From a virus (lineage: Duplodnaviria; Caudoviricetes), in the IMG/VR virus record IMGVR_UViG_3300046170_000288, positions 1-58,581 of that record: 58,581 nucleotides of DNA. The stretch is one strand, 5' to 3'. A program made the translations under genes and the position numbers. How positions within the stretch are numbered: position 1 is the first letter of the stretch; each line of letters begins with the position of its first letter. Under the pieces are notes generated by a model. The model ran no database searches. It saw only the letters and a program-made list of their open reading frames with translations, and was not told the DNA's origin. Of this stretch, positions 1-12,482 are shown one piece after another.

Positions 1-3000
1 CCAGATAGTAATTCTTCTAAAGTAGAATTAGGAATACCCCTTTTTTCAAAAATATCTTCTAATTTATTTGGGTTAACTCCAAGAGTCATAGCGTTTTGAA
101 TATGATTTAACATTTCTTTTCTAACTTTAAACAATTGTTTATTAGCTACAAAGTATCTTTCAATAACATCTTTGGGTGTTTTAGGTTCTCCTGATAACAC
201 ACCAAACTTACCACCGGTAAATAATTTAGTAGCATCTGATTGACCTTGTCTTAAATCATATAAATAAAAACCTAAAGCTTTTTCAGGGTTAACTTTTTCT
301 AATCTAAATCCAAAAATACCTGCAAGTTCATAAGGTACTTCATACATTGTAGGTCCTTTACCTGGTATTCCTTTTATAGCTTTAAAAGTTCTTTCGAAAG
401 GAGCTGTTGTAGGTTTTAGTGTTTTAGTTAAATGTTTCATAGCAATTTCAATTGCTTCTCCTGGAGGAGTATTTTCATCGTAAAGTTCTTGACCTTCTCT
501 TGTTCTACCATTTCTAACAAATATATCAGCTAAGGCTTCTGTATAAATAGATTCAGATATAAATGGAGAAGCAGTTTCACCAGCAGCTTTTGCAATACCT
601 TCCATAAAACCTTTTAATAAAACTTCTTCATCTTCAATACCTTGTTGAATATTAGTTAGCACAGATTGAAAAGGTCTAGTTAATGTATCATACACATTAT
701 TTTTTGACCAATCAGTGTAGTATAATTCACCTGTTTCAGGATCTCTTGTAAATATTAATTGCGAATTTTTAGACCAAGGTGCTACGAAATCTCTACCTGC
801 ATCTGCTTCTTCATTAGATACACCAAATATTGCTTGTGCTCCTTTAACTAATCCATAGGGAATTAAACTTGTTGCTGCAGTTATACCTACAAGCCTTTGG
901 AACCCTTCACTTTTCATAGGATTAGTACTAGTAATAGGATTAATTTTACCTGTAATAGGATCTCTTAAATCTCTCATGATTTGTTTAAATATTCCTCCAC
1001 CAGTTCTATATACTTCTGATGGCCATGACATAAAATTACCAAAAGGTGAAACACGTGCTGCTCTTACAAACTCACCAACCTTAGCATAATTTGGTATTGT
1101 GTCTTGTACTATTTGTGCAACTTCTTTTTCTAATTCTTCTGTAGATTTTTTAACTCCAGCCTTAGCATATTTTTCTCCACGTTTAACCATTTGTACTTCA
1201 TAATTTAAAATTTTCCAAAAATCATCTTCCGCAACATATAAATCTTGCATAAACTTAGCACTTTTTTTGACAGCTCTAGATGTTTTTTTACCTAAAGTAT
1301 TAATCATAGGTTTTAAAATACTATCTGTTGCAATATTACCTTCACCAAATCTAACGTCTTTCATTAGATTTCTAATATCACCAAGTCTTACGTTTGTATT
1401 TACAATACCAAGTTCTAAATATTTTCTGTATTTTTCTTGTGATATTGGTGTTCTAGGACCACCTACTTGAACTGTTCCAAATGCTTCTTTGGCTGCTTTT
1501 GCAAATACTCTTGGATCTGAAAACACTACACCATTACCTAATGAAAATGCACCAGAACTTAAAAAGTTTCTTATATGTGTAGGTATAGATAAAATTGTTT
1601 TAGCATATTGTGCACCTGCCTTAGGTGTTAAAACTAAATTACGCCATGCCCAAGAAAATGTTTTACCTAATGCACCTCCAGATTCACCTCTCATAAAATC
1701 TTGCATCTTAGACACATTTGTAAAACCTTCAGGCTATTTCTCTTGTTGTGTATGTTCCTGATAATCTATTAACCAATACTCCTTCTTTAAAATAATCTTT
1801 TACATAATCATCCATTTTTACAATATCTGCTTCAGGACCAAAAGCTCTTTTAGCAGATAATGGACTGTCATGAAAAAATCCTCTTTGACCAAATGCAGTA
1901 TCTGTTTTTACATTTGCTTTTGCAATATCATCTGCATCTAGTATTTCATCAAACAATTGATTTTTTCTTGCAATAACAGATAGCTTATTCATTCCTTCAA
2001 ATATAGAATGTCTTGCATCTTCTATTTCACCAAATAATTCTCTAAATATTTTAGATCCTTTTCCAATAACTTGAATTTCTTTTTTACCACCAGGTAAATC
2101 TTTAGCTAATGTTTGTGAAAATGTTTTTAAACCATAAGCATCATCAGCAGCTTTAGATAAATTTTGATATGCAAAGGTAGGTAAAGTATCTTTTGAAGGA
2201 TCCATTTTTCTAACTTGCTTTATAATATCATTAACCATACCTTCTGCTTCTAAATCAGTAATTGGGTTTTTATTTTTTCTAGCGTATCTTTTAAATAATT
2301 CTTTTGTAGCTTTAATTGAATCTTGAGTAGGTTTATATTTAGAAAAAAATCCAGCTTCTGCATCTTCAAATATTTCAAATGTATTACCTATATAATTTTT
2401 AACTCTGTTACCCATTATTTTTCTTAAATCTTTTGTAACACCTACAGGTAAATCTACTTTTCCTCCCGGTCCAGCTGCAGTTATTTCTAATAAATCATTA
2501 AATTCTTTTCTAGTTTTAGTTAATATATCTACTATTTTATTGCCTGTTATAACCCCTTCTTCAGGTCCCATTCTTTTAGTTATTGTTTTTAAAACTTGTT
2601 TTTGTAAATTTTTATCTAAAGGTTTTGTTAAGTCTCCTTCAAAAAGTAAATCATCTAACCCTTTTAAAAATTGTTTTCTTTCTTCTACACTAGATGCATT
2701 AAAAAACTTTCTAAATTCAGGGAACACTTTATCAATTTCAGTATCTAATCTTGATACCATTTCTTCTGAAAAATTAGTATCTCTCATTTGTCGAGCATTC
2801 TGCATTTGTTTTGCTGTTGCAATTTCAGCGGGTTTAGTTCCTCTAAATCTAAATGCTGATGCTAATTTATCTAATGCTCTTTCTATTTGTGAATTACTAT
2901 AAGCTAATTCTTTTCCTCTAGTAGCTAAAGCTTTTATACTAGAACCCGCACCATATATAAAAGGTGCAAGCAACGCAGATTCTGTTCCAAATTTTAATCT

Positions 3001-3720
3001 ATTTAATAGTTTTCTTCCTGCATCTTCCGATGGATCATCAACTACATCTCTATCTAATTCTGTAGGACCTCCTTCAAACAAATCACCGAAAGTTCCTATC
3101 TTTTCATTATCAACAACTAGTGTTTCACCAGCAGCTCCTCCTACTGCAATTACACCATATCTTTTTGCACCAGTTAATTTGTTTAAACTTTCTGCTTTAT
3201 CGACTCCTTTTTTTAAATTTTTATTTTTAGGATTTACTAATTTATTTGCTTTTTTTGCATTAACTAATTTTTTAGCTATTGTTTCTACACCTTTTACAGC
3301 ACCCTTAGCTCCTAATGTTCCAAAACTTGCTATTTGTGTAAAGGCTTCTGATAACTTACCTACAGCTCTTTGTTCTGCTAATTCTTCAAAAGGATTTAAT
3401 TTGTCAAAAAATTTTTCTACTTCAACAGCATAACTAATATCTTTTTCTGAAAGGTCAGGTATTCCTAATAACTCTCCTCCACCTAGATCAAATAGTTCAG
3501 CTGTTACTGACGCAAATCCTTCTGGTATTTTTATAGCTCCTGATAATATCCCTGCAGTAATTGCAGTTAAACCCGATATTTCATTATCTTCTTCAGCTTC
3601 TGGTTTTTTACTTTCTTGATTATATAAAGATTCATCAACATCTATTTTATTAGATTGTTTCTTTTTTTCCTCTTCCGTCAGAGGTTTAAATCTCGGATCG
3701 TCTAGGCTTAAAGTAGCCAT
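1..3720 (-). CDS. Large internal virion/ejection protein; one frameshift near 1731; continues across the window junction
   Basis: 663-aa ORF 3720-1729. Removing one base near 1731 continues it as AEGFTNVSKMQDF...KTILSIPTHIRNF and it reads ...LEELLSG at base 1. Last and largest gene of the virion module, the usual position of the major ejected protein in podoviruses. Confidence 0.7.
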
Positions 3721-3723
3721 AGA

Positions 3724-4659
3724 TTATTCCTCTATTTCATACGTTAATGGATTTAGTCTGTAAGTTCCACCTGCATTATCAAATACTAAAAATTCTGAAG
3801 TGACTGGATCATAGATAATATCTCCAGGTTTATATTGATCTACAGGAAGTTCTAATATTTTACCTTTGTTGTCAAAAGTGTATGGTTTAAATCCTTTATA
3901 TTTTGCAACTATTTTTGGATCGGCTTCTCTTCTAAACTTAGTTACATTAAATGCAGTTTGATCAGGTGCCATTTTTACTGCAGGATTTTTACTATTTTGA
4001 TATGTTTCTGTTAAACCTGAAACAACATTTTCAAAAGCAGGTGTTACTTGTTCTGTTCTAAATTCAGATGCTCCAGGATTATCTCTTTTAAACTCAAGTT
4101 CTTTTATTTTATTTTCACCTTTTTTAATTTCAACTGCAATTTTATTTTGTCTATCAGCATCACCTTGAGCAGCATCATATTCTCTTTTTAATTGAGCAAG
4201 ATTATTTTTAGCTTCTATCTCTTGATTTAATAAATCTTGTTTAAATTTTTGTTCTTTTCCTATTAAAAGATCTTCTCTTGCAATAGCTTCTTTAGCTTTT
4301 TCATCTTCTATATCATAGCCTAATTTAGCAAGCTCCATGTCTCTTGCGCTTGTTCTTTGACCTTCTATGTCAGAAAATAATTGATTTAAGTTTTCACCAC
4401 CAAATGCTAAACCTAAATTACCTAAAGTACTTCCACCTCTGTTTTCAGAAAAACCTTGTAATGAACCTTGAATTAAATACTTACCAAGTGGATCAATAGT
4501 TGGTTGTGCATACTTATCGTATATTTCTTTGTATCTATCTCCAGCAGACGGGCTTTCTGTTCCAATAGAATAATTTTTTCTATCTTCAATACCAGACATA
4601 ATACCATTCATATTGGTAGATCCACCTCTGAACATTGGTCTTCTAAATACTTTACTCAT
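3724..4659 (-). CDS. Putative internal virion/ejection protein
   Basis: 311-aa ORF, N-terminal RRPMFRGG motif, coiled-coil middle, in the ejection-protein cluster. Confidence 0.55.
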   Translation of the reverse strand: MSKVFRRPMFRGGSTNMNGIMSGIEDRKNYSIGTESPSAGDRYKEIYDKYAQPTIDPLGKYLIQGSLQGFSENRGGSTLGNLGLAFGGENLNQLFSDIEGQRTSARDMELAKLGYDIEDEKAKEAIAREDLLIGKEQKFKQDLLNQEIEAKNNLAQLKREYDAAQGDADRQNKIAVEIKKGENKIKELEFKRDNPGASEFRTEQVTPAFENVVSGLTETYQNSKNPAVKMAPDQTAFNVTKFRREADPKIVAKYKGFKPYTFDNKGKILELPVDQYKPGDIIYDPVTSEFLVFDNAGGTYRLNPLTYEIEE

Positions 4660-5479
4660 TATGCTGTCTTTGTACTGGGTTTAGTGTTCTGTAAATTCCT
4701 GCTAATCCTGATCCCGCACTAATTAAAGATTGTAATCCACTTGGATTAGGAGTTTGTTCTGTAATTGATTTACCAGGATAACCTGCAATTAATTGTGTTA
4801 CCCCTGTACCATATTGCTGTGCAGCAGTTAATGGTTGATTTAAATTTTGTATATTTAGTTGTTGGTTAGCAGTTAATTCATTTTGTCTTTGTGCTTGTAA
4901 TGCTCCACCTAATGTAGTTAGACCTGCAACTTGTTGACCTTGTAATGCAGGAACTTGTTGAGCTAAATTCATTTGATTAGAAAATTGATTTTGAGCTAAC
5001 TGGTTAGCTTGTGTAAATCCTTGGCCTAATAATTGTGCTTGTAGTGCTGCTCTGTTTCTATCAGAGTTTGACATATATTCTGCTTGTGCAACACCTTCTC
5101 TTGATCCACCAAAAGCACCAGAAGCAATAGCATTTTGTGAAATAGTACCTAAACCTTTTTGTGCTTGAAGATCATATTCTCCTAAAGTTGCATTAATAAC
5201 ATCTTGTTGATAAGGAGACATAAACTGTTGATAGCCTGTAGGCCCAGTAGCTGCTCCTGCAGCTTGAATGTATGGTTCATATGCACCAATACCCGCTTGT
5301 AATTGTTTAACAGCTTCTTGTTGTAGTGGATCTAATCCAGCTACATTTTGAGCACCATATACTTTGGAAAGATCAGCACCTTTATAATCACCGACTGCAG
5401 AAGAAAGATCTTCTAAAAAAGTTTTACCCGCTGCTTCTATAAATTCCGGTGGCCTGACTCTAGTTTCACTAACTGCCAT
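4652..5479 (-). CDS. Putative DNA transfer/pilot ejection protein
   Basis: 275-aa Q/A/G-rich ORF with FMSPYQQDVI, GAFGGSR and a Gly-rich amphipathic C-terminus, typical of podovirus pilot proteins. Confidence 0.6.
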   Translation of the reverse strand: MAVSETRVRPPEFIEAAGKTFLEDLSSAVGDYKGADLSKVYGAQNVAGLDPLQQEAVKQLQAGIGAYEPYIQAAGAATGPTGYQQFMSPYQQDVINATLGEYDLQAQKGLGTISQNAIASGAFGGSREGVAQAEYMSNSDRNRAALQAQLLGQGFTQANQLAQNQFSNQMNLAQQVPALQGQQVAGLTTLGGALQAQRQNELTANQQLNIQNLNQPLTAAQQYGTGVTQLIAGYPGKSITEQTPNPSGLQSLISAGSGLAGIYRTLNPVQRQHNE

Positions 5480-6699
5480 TATACTGTTCCTCCGTTTTCT
5501 AATTTTTTCATAGTGTCATACATAATCTGAGCACCTTTATTTACACTACCACCACCTGCTGCTCTTACAGCATCAGCAGTAAATACGAATTCGTTGTTTG
5601 ATAACATTGCAGGAATGTCATCTGCCTTTTCTTTTACACCAACTGGAGGAATAAATCCACCTGTTTCTCTTAAATCTAGCTCTTTTACACCCTTAGGATT
5701 GATATTAATATCTAGTCCTTCAATCCCTGAAGCCTGTTCCACTAACTCATCAGATCCATAAGCACGGTTTATTCTACCACCATAAGCCATTTTAGGTTTT
5801 TCAAGTGATTCAGGTGCATCTATATACTTCATCATTTCTTCTCTAATCATTGTTAATACTTCACTCTCTTTCATACCATAGTTTTCAGCTATCTCTGTTA
5901 CTTTTTTAGGTAAATATTGTGTTCTAAAAAATTGATAACCTTTCATTGTACCATCTTCAGGTTCTCCGATTCCAGATCGACCTGGGCCAAGCATAATTTT
6001 TGCTACTTCTGATACTTCTTTTTGAGGAGCATCGTTAGGTATTGGATTAGAAGTTGTTGTATCTATTTGTAATCCTCTTGGAAGATCTTCCATATTATTA
6101 CCTGTGTATGTTGGATCAGGTGTTCCATCATCATAACCCATTCTACCACCACCAGCTTTCATGTTTCTATTTAAAAAATTTTCTTTTTTAGTATCATAAG
6201 CTGCCATTGCATTTGGATCATTTGTATCTACACTTGGTAAATTTAAATTATCATAATATTGTTCTAAGTATTGTCTTAAAGCTTCTGGGTCACCTTTTAA
6301 AGCTTGTATCTGTTGAGGTTCCATATCACCAAATAATTTTCCTGCTGTTGCTCCAGCTACAAGTTTACCTACATTACTTCCTAAAAAATTTTTAGCTCCA
6401 GATAATAAAGATCCAAATTGGCTTTGAGCAAAATCTCCTCCTACTTTTCTAAGTAAAGGATTAAAACTACCCTTACCAAAAAAAGAACCAAGTCCACTTC
6501 CACCACCTAAACCATATAAAGATCCAGCAGTTAATGCTAACTTACCAATATCAGATTTAAGAAAACTTCCTATTCCTTTAGTAATACCCTTAAAAGCTTT
6601 TTTAAGGCCACCTAAAAATGCTTTTTCTCTAGGTGCAACTTGCATAATTCCACCTCCCATTCTTAACTGTCTTGGCATTTGTGATCTTGATATTGTCAT
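5479..6699 (-). CDS. Putative internal virion protein with DDIPAMLSxxEFV domain
   Basis: 406-aa ORF with C-terminal ADDIPAMLSNNEFVFTADAV motif and repeated xxGGR motifs. Confidence 0.55.
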   Translation of the reverse strand: MTISRSQMPRQLRMGGGIMQVAPREKAFLGGLKKAFKGITKGIGSFLKSDIGKLALTAGSLYGLGGGSGLGSFFGKGSFNPLLRKVGGDFAQSQFGSLLSGAKNFLGSNVGKLVAGATAGKLFGDMEPQQIQALKGDPEALRQYLEQYYDNLNLPSVDTNDPNAMAAYDTKKENFLNRNMKAGGGRMGYDDGTPDPTYTGNNMEDLPRGLQIDTTTSNPIPNDAPQKEVSEVAKIMLGPGRSGIGEPEDGTMKGYQFFRTQYLPKKVTEIAENYGMKESEVLTMIREEMMKYIDAPESLEKPKMAYGGRINRAYGSDELVEQASGIEGLDININPKGVKELDLRETGGFIPPVGVKEKADDIPAMLSNNEFVFTADAVRAAGGGSVNKGAQIMYDTMKKLENGGTV

Positions 6700-6727
6700 A
6701 ATTTATTATATCCAATAATCCCTTGTT

Positions 6728-6973
6728 TTACAACTTAGAATCACCGCCTATCGGCAATGCTTCTACGGTTACTTTAACGTCTCTTTTAATATCATCAGCT
6801 ACAGTATCTGTACCTGGATCTTGTACATCATTCATAGCTTCTGCGTCTGAATTATATTCTTGACCTGTTTTAATGTTTGTTAGCGTAACCTCTGTTTTTG
6901 GTGTTATAATCTTAACCGGTTTACCATTTATTACTTCTACTCTATATGATGCTTCTGTTTCTACAAATGACAT
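6728..6973 (-). CDS. Hypothetical protein (virion module)
   Basis: 81-aa ORF tightly packed in the operon. Confidence 0.6.
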   Translation of the reverse strand: MSFVETEASYRVEVINGKPVKIITPKTEVTLTNIKTGQEYNSDAEAMNDVQDPGTDTVADDIKRDVKVTVEALPIGGDSKL

Positions 6974-6974
6974 A

Positions 6975-7304
6975 TTAATCCCTATTTATTTCTAATATTG
7001 ATGCTACTACATGCAATCTATTTGCATCTGCAGCGGTTACTTTAAATACTTCGTTTTCTTCTAATATAACAGGTTGAGTTAGCAATTGTTCTGTTGCATG
7101 ACCTGCTACAGCCTTTACGTCAAACAATACAAATACATTACTAGATGCATCTGTTATAGTTGCTGTAATCGTACTACCATTATTACTATCATCACAAACT
7201 AAAATACTTTTTATAATAGCTCTTGAATCAGATGGTGCAGTATATAAAGTAGTAGCACTCGTAGTTGTTAAATCTAATTTTGCATTTTTATAAATATTAG
7301 CCAT
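6975..7304 (-). CDS. Putative small structural beta-rich protein
   Basis: 109-aa ORF (MAN.YKN...LYTAP), similar in pattern to 18489-18821. Confidence 0.55.
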   Translation of the reverse strand: MANIYKNAKLDLTTTSATTLYTAPSDSRAIIKSILVCDDSNNGSTITATITDASSNVFVLFDVKAVAGHATEQLLTQPVILEENEVFKVTAADANRLHVVASILEINRD

Positions 7305-7462
7305 TAAACCACGCGAACCTTTCTTGATCTTGTTTTTGTTCGTTTAAAAAAGTAGAATTTAATTGCTCTACAATCTATAGCAATTGCTCTATTAATTTGT
7401 TTTTGGTTAGAGACATCATACTCTTCTTTAGGCTCAGGTAATCTAACTACTACTTTTGCCAT
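7297..7462 (-). CDS. Small hypothetical protein, frameshifted; not in ORF track
   Basis: Manual translation MAKVVVRLPEPKEEYDVSNQKQINRAIA..VEQLNSTFLNEQKQDQERFAWFNG, extra base near 7375; overlaps both neighbours. Confidence 0.55.
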
Positions 7463-9063
7463 GTTTTATTTTCTTGATATCCTAAAATAGGAGGCATTAC
7501 AGTTAATATAGATCCTATAATCATTGACATTGGATAAATACAAAAATCAGCAAACGTTGAACCTATAGTTCTTTTACCATAAATTTTATGATTATAAAAA
7601 TCTCTTACTCTATCAGATGACCATTTATATTTAGCAACAAGATTATCAGCCATAACTCTTCCCCAAACATCATATCCTCTTTGCCAAATTTTAGATTGTC
7701 TTCTATGCCAAACTCTAAGTTTTTTAACTTCTAGTAATGTCATGTCACCACGTTCATTAGCTGCTGTACAACAATGAGTTCCACCACTATTATTGTTTCC
7801 ATTATCATTACCACTACCTGTATCTACTCCAGCTTCATCATAAGTTGATCCTCCATCAAAAATATTTCCAGACGGAGAAGCTTTACTATTATCACCAGCC
7901 ATAAAATTATCATCACTATATGGATCTGGATTTCCAAAATTCTGTTCTACAAAATCATAAGAACCATCTTGACCTCCACCCTGATTATAAGTTAAACCTG
8001 AAGTGCTTGTACTACCCTCATTATTATTATCTGCATATACAGTTGAATCTATAGTATTAATTCCTGCTGGATCAACTGATCCAGTAGTTCCTGTTCCATC
8101 TCCTGAACCTGTTATAGTAGTTGGATAGTTATCTAAATATGTAGGAGCTGTTGCTGTGTAAATACTTGTAGGTTTTTTCATAGGATCTAATATATCATCT
8201 AATATATTATCTTCTTCATCTTCTGAATACGTTGATGTTTTTATTTCTTCATCATAAGTAGGAATTTGATCATTAATAAATCCATCATCTATATCTTTTT
8301 GTTTAAGTTTATCGTTGAAAACAGTTGTTGCTTTAGCTGATCCACCAAAAAATTTAGCTTCTGCTTCATCAAGAGCATCTAATCTTTCTTGTAGATTACC
8401 TTTATAACCAGGTTTGCTCATAGTTTCTTTTATTTTATTTCTTCTTTTTTCAAAAGTTTGTCTAGTTATTTGGTTAGCATTGTAACCAGACATTACATTT
8501 GCTGCTGTATCATAATCACCACCATCAGATACAATTTGTCCAATATCATTTAATTGAAAACCTTGACCTAATAATTCATTTTCTAAAATAGCTCTTTGAT
8601 TTACAGGCATCTTATCACCTAAATATTCTAAACCTTTTCCGATAAAACTATTTTTTAAATAATTTGCAGCTGCACCAGGTATACCTGTTAGTTGTTTACC
8701 TTCATAATAATCTGGATACATATCCATTAATTTTGCTACTTCAGTACTTGTGTTAGGAATATTTGTACCTGTAAGAGAACCTCCTGGAGTTCCAATTAAA
8801 TTTCTTTCAGCAGCTTGTCTGTAACTATATGGACTATAATTATCTTCGGTTCTTGTTCTATTAGGATCAGAATTGTAAACACTAAATCCATCTCCACCAC
8901 CACCTTGTACAGGTAATATTCTTTTTACTGGTGCATTAGGATCTTGCGGTGGAATAGTTATAGGTGGAGGGTTAGTTCCAGGTTGATTAGTTCTATCGTA
9001 TTTAAAAGTCTTAGGTAAAGACTGATTTAAATACTGCATTGCTAAATCATATAAACTTGCCAT
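7450..9063 (-). CDS. Putative internal virion protein with acidic low-complexity linker and C-terminal HCCT...GY domain
   Basis: ORF track gives 7450-9114; likely start is the ATG at 9063 (MASLYDL), coupled to the upstream stop (TAATG). Confidence 0.55.
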   Translation of the reverse strand: MASLYDLAMQYLNQSLPKTFKYDRTNQPGTNPPPITIPPQDPNAPVKRILPVQGGGGDGFSVYNSDPNRTRTEDNYSPYSYRQAAERNLIGTPGGSLTGTNIPNTSTEVAKLMDMYPDYYEGKQLTGIPGAAANYLKNSFIGKGLEYLGDKMPVNQRAILENELLGQGFQLNDIGQIVSDGGDYDTAANVMSGYNANQITRQTFEKRRNKIKETMSKPGYKGNLQERLDALDEAEAKFFGGSAKATTVFNDKLKQKDIDDGFINDQIPTYDEEIKTSTYSEDEEDNILDDILDPMKKPTSIYTATAPTYLDNYPTTITGSGDGTGTTGSVDPAGINTIDSTVYADNNNEGSTSTSGLTYNQGGGQDGSYDFVEQNFGNPDPYSDDNFMAGDNSKASPSGNIFDGGSTYDEAGVDTGSGNDNGNNNSGGTHCCTAANERGDMTLLEVKKLRVWHRRQSKIWQRGYDVWGRVMADNLVAKYKWSSDRVRDFYNHKIYGKRTIGSTFADFCIYPMSMIIGSILTVMPPILGYQENKTWQK

Positions 9064-11286
9064 TATCTTCTTCCATCCGGTTGTATGTCTATTCGTAAGG
9101 TGCCAAAACGCCAAGATTCACTAACATCTGTATTTTCTATCTTGATGTTAACAAACCTGCCTCTGGCTCTAGTATCCTTTTTATCAGTACTTGCAGTAAT
9201 TGTAAAGGGGCTTAAAGAGGTATTAGTATCTGATTGTTGAGGATAACGCTTAACAGCAAGAGTTACTTTTGCATTACCTTGTAAATCTTTAAAATCAGGT
9301 ACAAATCTTCTCATAGCTAAAAATATTTCTCCAGATATACCAGGACCACTTGATCTACCCTGTGCATCTTTTTGTTTTGATTGTATATCAAAATCATATG
9401 ATTTTACAAATGAAGTAATGGTTGTAGTAGAACCATCTTGATTAATTTGATCTGTACCTACTTCATGTTCAAACAATTGAGTTTGACCTAAACCATCTTG
9501 ACCTACAACTGCAGGAAAAGTTCCAGATGATGTTGAATTAAATTTAGTTGCAATAGGTTTTTGATACACATTGGCATCAATCCAAGAAGTTCTAGCTTCG
9601 GTTCCAATATACCAAACACCACCTTTCATAGGTTCTCCATAATTAAATACAACATACTGATCATTATACTCAGAACTAGTTGATGGATAATACCAAACAA
9701 CTTCTGTAAATAGGTTATTAATACCTGCTGCAACTTGTTGACCTTTAGTTGTATCTGCTTGATCATATACATAATCTTCAACACTACATGGTAGTGATTT
9801 AACTGTACCATCAAACATAAAGAAGCCATTGTTAGACATCCAAAACGCAGCCCCATCTATTTCAACAGCTGCATTCTTACCAATCAATCCACAGTTAGTA
9901 CCAACTTGCTCGAACCCAAATGTAAAAGGTGCACCAATAAATTTCATTGTGTATAATGCATTATCTGTCCAAACAAGAATTGTTTCTTTTGCTTTTAATG
10001 AACCCATAATTTTTGTTCCATCTTGTAGTCTTTGAGAACCTGCTGAATTAATAGATGTTGGTGTATATTCATTTATATTTTCTTGATCAGAAAATCTTAT
10101 AAACATATCATCTTGTGTAGTAGTATCACCGATAGTTGTTTCTGTTCCTAGATGAATTAAGTGACGTGTTGTAGGTGAAACTAACGTAACCCTGGTTGCA
10201 GTTGGATTAGCAGATGTTGAAAAACCAGATGTGCTTGTTGATGCTCTAACTGTTAAAGGTGATGCTGCTCCTGCATTCCATGTAAATGTTTTACCGTTAG
10301 CAATAGTTGCAACTAACACTTGACCAAAGTTACTTAAACTCCAGAGGCCTGGTTCCAGAGTCACGTTAGAAGCTTTTACAGCATTTCCAAAACCGGTAAA
10401 GTTTGATGCATCTGTAACGGTTGCACCTGTTGAGTGAGCTTGACCATTCGAAGTACCTGTAGTTGCAGTTCCAAAAGCTCCTCTAGTAATACCTGTTAAA
10501 GTGTTTGTACCTTTTCCAGTATATGTAATTAATTCATTACCAACTGCTATAGTTCCTGTAGCAGGAAACCCAGAATTTGATGTAACGTTAATGACAGTTC
10601 CTGATCCACCGGTACCATTAGTGTCTGCAAGTAAAGCACCATTTAAAGTTGTTGTAAATGGACTTTGAACAGTACCACCATATTGTCCAATACCAAAACC
10701 ATAACCATAAGATTGTGCAGCAGGACCAACTTGTTCATATGGAATTACACTACATGAACCACCGCCAGCAGCTCCTGTTGTAGTTTCTGTTCCAGTAACA
10801 ATTGCAACTAGAGATGATGTAACTCTAGTTACTTGAAATAATTTATCTTCGAATGCAGCATCAGTTAATCCTATACCACTTGGTACAGTCACACTATCTA
10901 ATAAAATAATATCACCAGCTTGTAAATTATGATTAGATGAAAATGTTAGTGAAACTTCTTTTGTTGCATCTACAGCAGACATAACAACACTTGCAATTGT
11001 AGATTTTATAGGTGTAATATCGTAAAGTTGTCCTTCAAAATATATAAGTAAAAATTTATCTGTTCCTATTGCAACTGTATCTATTACCTTCTAAATCAAC
11101 AAATGCAAACTCACGTCTTGCAACTCCAACAATAGTGTCTGAAATTAGTGAAGACCAACCACCAACTTTTTCAGGTAGGTTATATCTAAATCTAACATTA
11201 TCACAATCAACCCATCTGTTTTCTGCACCAGATTCGGTATCTTGCTTATCTATTCCCGGTAATACTTTAAAATCAATTAGAGCCAT
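9063..11286 (-). CDS. Tail nozzle/packaged-DNA stabilization protein (P22 gp10-like beta-propeller); frameshift near 11075
   Basis: ORFs 11056-11286 (PGIDK...WVDCDNVRFR..PEKVGGW) and 9063-10982 (IRFSDQE...WRFGTLRIDIQPDGRR) join into one ~740-aa protein. Confidence 0.7.
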
Positions 11287-11297
11287 TATTCTGCTCC

Positions 11298-12027
11298 TTA
11301 TGCCGTGTTAGTTTTGTAAGCCCAGCCTCTTGTTGACATCCACATACACTAATGTAAAAGCTTGACCGTTAGTGGTTAGTGTTAGGTTTGATGTACCTGT
11401 ATTTATTGGTTGACCATTTCTATTAACAATCAAGTTGTTAGAGTTAAACGTTCCTCTTGCATCTATAAATGTAATTTCATCTCCTGTAGCAGGTGATGTA
11501 GGAAGTGTAATTGTAATTGGGTTAGCTGTTGTATTTGCAAAAATTTGTTCACCAGCAGATGCTGTGTAAGCAGTTACAGTAGAAGAGTTTACTGTTATGT
11601 AACCTTTAGTTTTCATACCAAGATTAACATTAGTTCCATCTGAATAAACTAATACAGTTGCACCTGAAGGAATCAATACTCCTGATCCAGATACAGTTTT
11701 AACTGTCAAAGTTTTTATACTTCCAGAACTTTCTCTAGTAGTTGCATCTTGAAACACCATCACTCTTTCAGCAGAGTCTGGAATAGTGACTGTTCTGTTT
11801 GCTGTTAAAGTTCCTGTTAATTTAATATATATGTTTTTACCATTTGATGTTGCACCATTATCTAATGCTAATGCTACGTCTCCACCACCTACAGCTAATG
11901 ATAAATAACCTGTAGATAATTGTTCTAAAATTTGTAAGTTTGTATTAGTAATTGTACCCCAAAGACCTGCTTTTTCACCGGTAGTAATTAATTCTAATTT
12001 TGAGTTTGTTGAATAACTTGATGCCAT
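11298..12027 (-). CDS. Putative tail/fibre protein; C-terminal frameshift
   Basis: MASSYST...GLWGTITNTN N-terminus and ITLPTSPATGDEITFID repeat; true end ...TRGWAYKTNTA stop at 11298. Confidence 0.6.
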
Positions 12028-12034
12028 AATTCTC

Positions 12035-12479
12035 CTAATAAGGGTCTATATTAACCCATGTTTGTGTTGCTCCTGGATCTATAGGTTGCCATGTAATGAT
12101 ACCTGGATCATTGACAGTAAGAGTCATAGGCACACCTGTAGGACTTACATTCGCAGCTGCAGTGATTGTAACACTTCCTGTAGACAAGGTCAATTGGTTT
12201 CCTGTGACACTTGTATTAGCTGCCGCTGATACTGTAACTGTACCAACACCTAAAGTTAATGGTGTAGGAGTAGGTGTAACATTTGCTGCTGCAGCGATAG
12301 TTAAAGATCCAAAACCTAAAGTTAAAGGGACTACCAGTTGGTGTTACAAAAGCTCCTGCTAGTGCAGAAGAACTACCTATACTTAATGTTAAAGGACTTC
12401 CTGTTACATTAATTGTAACGTTAGGGTTAAAGAACGATGTCGATATTGGAGCACCGGATATGGAAGTCAGTCCGAGCAT
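12035..12479 (-). CDS. Putative Thr/Gly/Val-rich tail protein; frameshifted
   Basis: Starts MLGLTSISGAPIS and continues after a shift near 12330 to WQPIDPGATQTWVNIDPY stop. Confidence 0.55.
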
Positions 12480-12482
12480 GGT

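Noticed and set aside
1267-3433. Plus-strand ORFs antisense to virion genes, and similar shadows elsewhere
   Set aside because: Antisense shadows of long coding frames, with no Shine-Dalgarno or recognisable motifs.
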